Positions 58,062-64,000 of a stretch of DNA of 64,000 nucleotides are shown here, piece by piece. The notes beneath the pieces were generated by a model, which did no database searches, had not been told where the DNA came from, and worked only from the letters and a program-made list of their open reading frames with translations. This DNA comes from Promethearchaeota archaeon (GTDB lineage: Archaea > Asgardarchaeota > Lokiarchaeia > Sigyniarchaeales > SOKP01). Numbering within the stretch: position 1 is the first letter of the stretch; each line of letters starts with the position of its first letter. The stretch covers positions 1 to 64,000 of the forward strand of contig JBHLOY010000013.1 of assembly GCA_048939995.1 (NCBI GenBank), read 5' to 3'. A program made the translations under genes and the position numbers.

Positions 58062-58955
58062 ATGGATGATAGAGACTTAGAACTTTTAAAATTACTACTT
58101 TTCGATGGACGTATTTCATATGAATCAATTGCAAAGAAAATTAAGATAACTCCCTATTTAGTTAAAAAACGGATTAAAGAGCTTATGGATTTGGGAGTAA
58201 TAATGAAATTCACAACAAATCTCAATTTTTTAATGTTTCAAAAATCAGTGTGCTATACTCTTGCTGAAGTAAAAAATAGTACCGATCAACATGATTTAAT
58301 TAATCGTATTGGAAAATTAGATGAGGTCACTGGAGGGGCAATTTCTCTTCAAAATAAAATGCAAATTATTCATACCTATTCTAATGACTATGACTTTAAG
58401 AAAAATCTTGAAACTTTAATGCAATTTGAAGAAATTGAAAGCATAGAAAATTTCATTTTACTCATTCCTCCAGATTTAGGCTTCAAAAATAAAAGATTGA
58501 CTAAAACAGATTGGAAGATAATTAATATTATCAAAGACGATTGTAGAAAAACCGATATAGAAATCGCAAATGAGCTAAGGATCTCATCTAAGACTGTCAA
58601 AAGAAGACTAAGCTATCTCACAGGAAATAAAATCATTCTTTTCATGATCGACCTTGATACCAGTGCCGCAGACTTCCTCTCTTATTTGCTAATCGTTAAA
58701 TTCCAGAGAATTGCATCTGAATCCTATAATAAAGTCTTAAGTATAATTAAAAATTACTTCTACGTATGGAAAGTTGCTAACCAAGAAGCATTCATTTTCA
58801 CAGTATTTATAAACCAATTGAGAGAAATTGACGAACAAGTAAAAGAAATTCAAGAGATTCCATATGTAAAAGATGCAATCAGTTTTGTACCCATTAAAAT
58901 GTTTTATTTTGAGAATTGGATTGATGATCTGATTAAAAAAAATGCTTTGGATTAA
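58062..58955 (+). CDS. Lrp/AsnC family regulator with tandem HTH-ligand modules
   Basis: MDDRDLELL..L..DGRISY..IA...V..RI and second LTKTDWKII..I..DCRK....IANEL.ISSKTVKRRL. Confidence 0.88.
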   Translation: MDDRDLELLKLLLFDGRISYESIAKKIKITPYLVKKRIKELMDLGVIMKFTTNLNFLMFQKSVCYTLAEVKNSTDQHDLINRIGKLDEVTGGAISLQNKMQIIHTYSNDYDFKKNLETLMQFEEIESIENFILLIPPDLGFKNKRLTKTDWKIINIIKDDCRKTDIEIANELRISSKTVKRRLSYLTGNKIILFMIDLDTSAADFLSYLLIVKFQRIASESYNKVLSIIKNYFYVWKVANQEAFIFTVFINQLREIDEQVKEIQEIPYVKDAISFVPIKMFYFENWIDDLIKKNALD

Positions 58956-58988
58956 GCAGCTTTTTCTTAAAAAAAGAAATTGTAAGGA

Positions 58989-59663
58989 CTATGCAATCAT
59001 GACAAAAGCACCTAAAATATGGGAAAGAATACTCCACCAAATTGTATTAGTCCATTTAGCTAATAATGAAAGATATATTCCAAAAAATGCAGATCCTATA
59101 ACTAAGCCTAGAGCATTAGAATTTGGGGACAGAGATCCTGATGCAAAGTGAAACAAGGCATACCAGATAGTGGGATAGATAATTCTTAAGAAATTATTGT
59201 TAGGATAGAGTTCCATATACACCCCACGCCATAAAATCTCTTCGAAGGTACCATTCCCGAAAGCACTTATAACCAAAAATATTACTCCAAGAATACTTAT
59301 TTTATCAAATTCGATCCCCGAAATAAACCTGAAAATCAATGCCATAAACACTGGAAATAAAATTGCTGGGATTAATTTCGGTTTGAATTTTTGAGGAGAA
59401 CTTAATTTTTTAATATTTTCAAATCCAATAAGCCAGTTGGAAAATATTAATCCACAAAGCATCCAATACACAAACAATCCTAAATACCAACCAAGCTCTG
59501 CTCCAAAAAACATACCGAATAAGGTATAAATAAAATACATGATCAGCATTAAAATAGGAGGTGCGACTATTCCTGCAATTCTTTTAATTTTTTTCTTTGG
59601 TCTTGGAGTTACATCTCGCTTTTTTATAGTTTCGTTCAAATCTTCATACTTTAATTCATTCAT
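58989..59663 (-). CDS. CPBP (CAAX/Abi) intramembrane metalloprotease
   Basis: FEEILWRG, YALFH, LSH. Confidence 0.85.
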   Translation of the reverse strand: MNELKYEDLNETIKKRDVTPRPKKKIKRIAGIVAPPILMLIMYFIYTLFGMFFGAELGWYLGLFVYWMLCGLIFSNWLIGFENIKKLSSPQKFKPKLIPAILFPVFMALIFRFISGIEFDKISILGVIFLVISAFGNGTFEEILWRGVYMELYPNNNFLRIIYPTIWYALFHFASGSLSPNSNALGLVIGSAFFGIYLSLLAKWTNTIWWSILSHILGAFVMIA

Positions 59664-59863
59664 TATGAATCACAAGATTCTATAGAAATTTATCTTCATA
59701 TAAATCAATGTTTACAGTAAAACAAATAAAAGAGATAAATAGTAGATGACTAATCTAATAATTTTTATTTTACTAAGGTAATAAATAATAATAAAATGAC
59801 AACTTTTTCAACTTAAAAGGAAAAAAAAACTAAATATCAAAAAGCCAATATGGTGGAATTCAT

Positions 59864-61171
59864 ATGACTGGAAAAAACAGTATCTCATATGACTGGAAGA
59901 AACTATTTTCTCAAAAATGTACCTCAAAAGAGGAAGCGATCTCAAATATAGAGTCTGGGAATAGAGTGGTCTTTGGACATGCTGCGGGGGAACCAATTGT
60001 TTTAGTAGATGAACTTGTAAAACAAAAAGATCGTTTATATAATGTTGAGATTGTACATATGGTTCCTCTTAGAGAGTGCCAATATTGCCTTCCTGAAATG
60101 AAATCCCATTTTCGCCACAACTCTTTGTTTGCAGGACCAGGAACGCGACAAGCAATAAGGGAAGGCAGAGCAGATTATACTCCAACATACTTTTCTGAAA
60201 TTCCACGTCTCTTTAGAGACAATCTTTTACCAATTGATATCGCTCTTATCCAACTTTCTCCGCCAAATGAACAGGGGTTCATGAGTTTTGGGATATCTGT
60301 GGATTATACCGTACAAGCAGCAAGATCTTCGAAAGTAGTAATTGCTGAAGTAAATAAGCAAATGCCTAAAACTAACGGGGTGAGTATCCACGTTTCAGAT
60401 ATTGATTATATAGTAGAAACTGACAGGCCCTTAATAGAAATTCCTCCTCCAAAAATAACACAAGTCGAAGAAAAAATTGGAAAAAATATTGCTAAGTTGA
60501 TCCCAGATCAAGCAAATCTGCAATTAGGTATTGGTGGAATTCCAGATGCGTCATTGAAATTTCTTCATGAAAAGAAAGATCTAGGAATCCATACCGAAAT
60601 GTTTTCTGATGGTGTAGTGGAACTATACGAAGGAGGAGTTATAACTAATAAATACAATAACCTACATAACGGAAAATTTATTGCTACTTTCTTAATGGGT
60701 ACCAAGAAACTCTATCATTTTGTAGATAATAATCCCAATGTTGAAATGCATACTGTTGATTATACCAATAACATTATAATAGCTGGTAAGGTTAAAAACT
60801 TAATTTCTATTAATTCTGCTCTCCAAGTGGACTTATTTGGTCAAATATGTGCTGATACCCTCGGATATCAGCAATACTCTGGAGTTGGGGGGCAAGTTGA
60901 TTTTGTTAGAGCGTCAGCTCTCTCTCCAGGAGGTAAATCTATTATTGCCTTGCCATCAACAAACAAAAAAGAAACAATTAGTAGAATTGTTTCTAAGTTG
61001 GACGATGGATCATGTGTAACTACCTCACGGAATGATGTTCATTACATTGTAACTGAATATGGGATTGCTAATTTGCGGGGAAAAACAGTACGTCAACGGG
61101 CAAATGATTTAATTAGTATTGCTCATCCAGCTTTTCGTGCTCAACTTAAAGAATGTTTTTTAAATTATTGA
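59864..61171 (+). CDS. 4-hydroxybutyrate/acetyl-CoA CoA-transferase (acetyl-CoA hydrolase family)
   Basis: LQLGIGGIPDA, LGIHTEM, SGVGGQVDFVR, IVTEYGIANLRGK. Confidence 0.92.
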   Translation: MTGKNSISYDWKKLFSQKCTSKEEAISNIESGNRVVFGHAAGEPIVLVDELVKQKDRLYNVEIVHMVPLRECQYCLPEMKSHFRHNSLFAGPGTRQAIREGRADYTPTYFSEIPRLFRDNLLPIDIALIQLSPPNEQGFMSFGISVDYTVQAARSSKVVIAEVNKQMPKTNGVSIHVSDIDYIVETDRPLIEIPPPKITQVEEKIGKNIAKLIPDQANLQLGIGGIPDASLKFLHEKKDLGIHTEMFSDGVVELYEGGVITNKYNNLHNGKFIATFLMGTKKLYHFVDNNPNVEMHTVDYTNNIIIAGKVKNLISINSALQVDLFGQICADTLGYQQYSGVGGQVDFVRASALSPGGKSIIALPSTNKKETISRIVSKLDDGSCVTTSRNDVHYIVTEYGIANLRGKTVRQRANDLISIAHPAFRAQLKECFLNY

Positions 61172-61247
61172 TCAAAAACAGGAGAATATTACAAAAATGT
61201 CAAACTAAATCGTAAAGCTATTTAAAGATAAACTCTAAATTGATTTT

Positions 61248-62078
61248 ATGACTGAACAAAATGCACAAATTGGTGATATTAAACTCTGTTATGAAATTTT
61301 AGGAAAGGAGGATGGATATCCCATACTCTTAATTCATGGATTTGGCGTTAAAAAAGAAGTATGGATGTGTCAAGTGGGGGAATTATCTCAACATTTTAGA
61401 GTAATTAGATTTGATAACAGAGGATCTGGAAAAAGTAGTCGACCAGCAGGAACTACTATGGAAATGTTTGCAGATGATACGGCAAATTTACTTGATTATC
61501 TTAAGATTGAAAAAGCTCATGTTATGGGCTGGAGCCTTGGAGGCATGATTGCTCAAAATTTTGTTTTAAAGTACCCAGAAAAAGTAGACAAGCTAATTCT
61601 TATTTGTACAGTACCAGGATACCCAACAGAAGAAGGTCCAGAGATGTATCAAAAAATGCGTCTTTACGAACTCGAAATTGGACCCGAAAAAGCATTTTGG
61701 GAAACTGCCCGAGCTAACTTCCATTCTACTTATAGGAGAGAAATGGAAAAAGATCCAAAGAAGAAGTTTTTTGGAATCTGGTCTGCACAAGAGTTTATTG
61801 AATTCCTAAGTATGGATCCTGCAACTCCTCAAGATATCAAAAATCAAGCAGCAGCACTTAAAACGCATAATACTTATGAAAGATTGAAAGAAATTAAAAA
61901 TGAAACGCTTCTTATCGCAGCTTCTCATGATAGATTAACTGCTCAAATAACTATGGAAGAAATGAACCAGAAAATCCCAAATAGCTCTCTTATTGTCATT
62001 CAAAAGGCAGGTCATTATGCTCCGATGACTAGAACTCCTGAAGTTAATAAAGCTATAATGGAGTTTTTGCAAAAATGA
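61248..62078 (+). CDS. Alpha/beta hydrolase
   Basis: IHGFG, FDNRGSGKS, GWSLGG nucleophile, HD, AGH. Confidence 0.9.
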   Translation: MTEQNAQIGDIKLCYEILGKEDGYPILLIHGFGVKKEVWMCQVGELSQHFRVIRFDNRGSGKSSRPAGTTMEMFADDTANLLDYLKIEKAHVMGWSLGGMIAQNFVLKYPEKVDKLILICTVPGYPTEEGPEMYQKMRLYELEIGPEKAFWETARANFHSTYRREMEKDPKKKFFGIWSAQEFIEFLSMDPATPQDIKNQAAALKTHNTYERLKEIKNETLLIAASHDRLTAQITMEEMNQKIPNSSLIVIQKAGHYAPMTRTPEVNKAIMEFLQK

Positions 62079-62109
62079 TTTTTAATTAATTTTTTTCTTA
62101 TTTTTTATT

Positions 62110-64000
62110 CTAAACTTCAGGAATTAAAATGACAAAATTATCTCCTTCTACCCATATTCGCCCATTGTAATTATTTAAAATACGCACTACTAAGAGAAAG
62201 CCTAAAATTATTTCTTTAATTCTGCTATTTTGAATTCCTTTCTGAAAGATCATATGTTTCTCTATATTTGAGATTTCTTTTTTATAGTCAACAAATTTTA
62301 TTTTAACATAATTTAGGTCATTTTCTTCACTTCTATTAATAATGATTTTAAAATTAATTGAAGGTTTTTTACTATATCTAATCGAGCTTATAAGAATATT
62401 AACAATCACATCTATTAGAAACTTATCAGCTTTTACATATAAGCGCTCAGTGGGGTGTTCAACTATTATGTTAATTTTTTTATTAGTATAACTACTAGTT
62501 ATAAAATCTATAACATCATCAATAATACTATATAGATCTACTTTTCCAATTACAATTTTAGCTTCATTAAGTACTGTTAATTTTTGTATTATGTATATTA
62601 AAAGTTGTGCGTTTATACATTGACTCTTTATACTATCTAATAATTCTCCTGAAATTTGTGGAAGAAATTGATTATCTCGTTTGAAATATTCATCTAATGA
62701 TGATTGAAGGGTACTTATTATATTATTCATGTCATTAACAAATAATTCTTTATAGAAATACTCTCTATCAAATTCTTCATGGAAAGATTCTTCACTAGAA
62801 CGTAAATTATCTTCAGCTAACTTACGCAATATAGCATTTTTAAGGATGTCTGAAAAAATACCTAGTATTTCAAGATTTCCTTCATTCCAGTAATCTTTTT
62901 CTGATAAATTATCAAAACAAATTATACCTTCTAATTCATCGTTAATTTTTATTGAAAATACCAGTATATCTTCAACATTTTGCTTTTCAAGGAAGCCTTT
63001 AAAACTGTTAGCGTAATAAGGAAGTTTAGTAACTTCATTAATATAAAAGTGGTCAGAGGTCTCTAATTTCTCAATTACCCATGGAAAATTGTTTATTGAT
63101 ATAAATGGAGGTAATTCAATTTGAGGATAAATCAATTTACCATACCAAAGATAATTTCTTCTCATGAAATTATAATTATTACTAAAAATATAAATATAGG
63201 CTCGAGCAGCATTAAGAAATTCTCCAATCTCTCTAAGAGAATCGTAAATAGCTTGGTTAAAGTCTTTTAAACCAACAAATCTCGAAATAATTCTCGCAAG
63301 AATACCTTCTAACTTAGAGATTGACTTGAGATCCTGCTCTGTCTTTTTTTGCTCTGTTACATCATGACAAATTATTTGATAGAACGTTTCATTACCAATC
63401 TCGACAAAAGATGATTGCATATTTACCCAAATGAGATTTCCATCTTTCTGATAAAGCTGAATTTCCAATGGTGGAAAATCTGTATTTCTCTCTTCTTTTT
63501 TAAACCTATTAAGAACCTCTATTAGATAATTTTCATGTAATATCGAAAGATCAACGAACTTCTTCCCTATTAATTCTTCCCTTGTATAACCCAAAGTTTT
63601 TTCTAAAGCAGGATTGCAATCAACTATGGAACCATTTGGATTAATTAAAAGAATTGAAAAAGGTGAATCTTTAAATAGATGACGATATCTAATTTCTGAG
63701 TTTTTTAGTTTAATTTCAGCTTCCATTCTTTTACTAATATCTCGAATTATGTATTGAATGAAGACCTGTCCTCCCATTTGAACTTCACTTACACTTATTT
63801 CAACCGGAATTAGGTTACCCGCATTATCTACAACATCTAATCTTAAAGGAAGTGGATTATTAAGTTCATCGAATATTTCAGCATTAAAGTCTATGTTAAT
63901 TATATCACTTAGTAATTGATTTGAATGGGATCCAATAAAATCTTCAAAAGGACGTTGAAATAATTCTTCTGCTTGTTCATTAGCATCTATTATAATTCCT
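62110..64000 (-). CDS. PAS-PAS-GAF pseudo-histidine kinase, partial (runs off window end)
   Basis: Frame stays open from 63777 to 64000 (GIIIDANEQAEELF... PAS); PAS and GAF domains, then HisKA/HATPase-like region lacking His, G1 and G2 residues. Confidence 0.8.
   Translation of the reverse strand, partial: GIIIDANEQAEELFQRPFEDFIGSHSNQLLSDIINIDFNAEIFDELNNPLPLRLDVVDNAGNLIPVEISVSEVQMGGQVFIQYIIRDISKRMEAEIKLKNSEIRYRHLFKDSPFSILLINPNGSIVDCNPALEKTLGYTREELIGKKFVDLSILHENYLIEVLNRFKKEERNTDFPPLEIQLYQKDGNLIWVNMQSSFVEIGNETFYQIICHDVTEQKKTEQDLKSISKLEGILARIISRFVGLKDFNQAIYDSLREIGEFLNAARAYIYIFSNNYNFMRRNYLWYGKLIYPQIELPPFISINNFPWVIEKLETSDHFYINEVTKLPYYANSFKGFLEKQNVEDILVFSIKINDELEGIICFDNLSEKDYWNEGNLEILGIFSDILKNAILRKLAEDNLRSSEESFHEEFDREYFYKELFVNDMNNIISTLQSSLDEYFKRDNQFLPQISGELLDSIKSQCINAQLLIYIIQKLTVLNEAKIVIGKVDLYSIIDDVIDFITSSYTNKKINIIVEHPTERLYVKADKFLIDVIVNILISSIRYSKKPSINFKIIINRSEENDLNYVKIKFVDYKKEISNIEKHMIFQKGIQNSRIKEIILGFLLVVRILNNYNGRIWVEGDNFVILIPEV

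Noticed and set aside
9497-59663. Eukaryote-like CAAX prenylation pathway (ICMT-like, two CPBP proteases, GGR, Rab GTPases)
   Set aside because: The genes are unlinked and belong to widespread prokaryotic families; none of the GTPases ends in a CAAX/CC motif and no prenyltransferase is present.
1707-61790. Short antisense or alternate-frame ORFs in the track (e.g. 1707, 2688, 5351, 6100, 6470, 10227, 11416, 11495, 15844, 17908, 18361, 19744, 19776, 20651, 21768, 24531, 29287, 29787, 34114, 40117, 42238, 43056, 51583, 53671, 54771, 57007, 57272, 58388, 58942, 59808, 59911, 60837, 61593)
   Set aside because: Shadow ORFs overlapping well-supported genes, with no motifs of their own.
1-64000. 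tRNA, rRNA or riboswitch genes
   Set aside because: Intergenic regions are short and very AT-rich with no GC-rich cloverleaf or structured segment recognised; a covariance-model search (tRNAscan-SE/Infernal) would be needed to exclude them fully.

Overview
AT-rich (~30% GC by eye) archaeal chromosomal DNA, almost certainly Asgard archaea (Lokiarchaeia/Promethearchaeota). This rests on Rab-like small GTPases, a roadblock-GTPase fusion, a BAR-domain protein, IPGY-TM-basic (Loki-CTERM-type) sorting tails, DUF2341/LamG giant surface proteins and GGTGA-type ribosome-binding sites. About 55 CDSs: mostly scattered metabolic, redox and transport genes plus two accessory regions. (1) 27.5-34.4 kb: a ~7-kb block bounded by a duplicated 3' end of the ygiD dioxygenase gene. 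It encodes two copies of a membrane-tethered LexA-like winged-HTH regulator, one fused to a beta-helix ectodomain and one translationally coupled to an orphan membrane-anchored solute-binding protein. A palindrome TTGAAC-N5-GTTCAA, resembling an SOS box, lies upstream of two genes in the block and of a third gene at 54 kb. This is the best candidate for an undescribed transmembrane signalling regulon. (2) 35.3-52.5 kb: two tandem ~2,400-aa single-pass receptor-like paralogs (different lectin-like tips, shared Ig-like stalk, GxxxGxxxG TM helix, conserved ~350-aa cytoplasmic domain) flanked by a Rab-like GTPase and a roadblock-Rab-pseudoGTPase fusion. Other highlights: a FAM92/CIBAR-like BAR protein; several catalytically degenerate signalling proteins (pseudo-Rab next to pseudo-receiver, pseudo-histidine kinase); and a pterin-carbinolamine dehydratase missed by the ORF track that seems to start at ATT. 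No rRNA, tRNA, CRISPR array, integrase or transposase was recognised. Family assignments come from motif recognition by eye, not database searches.
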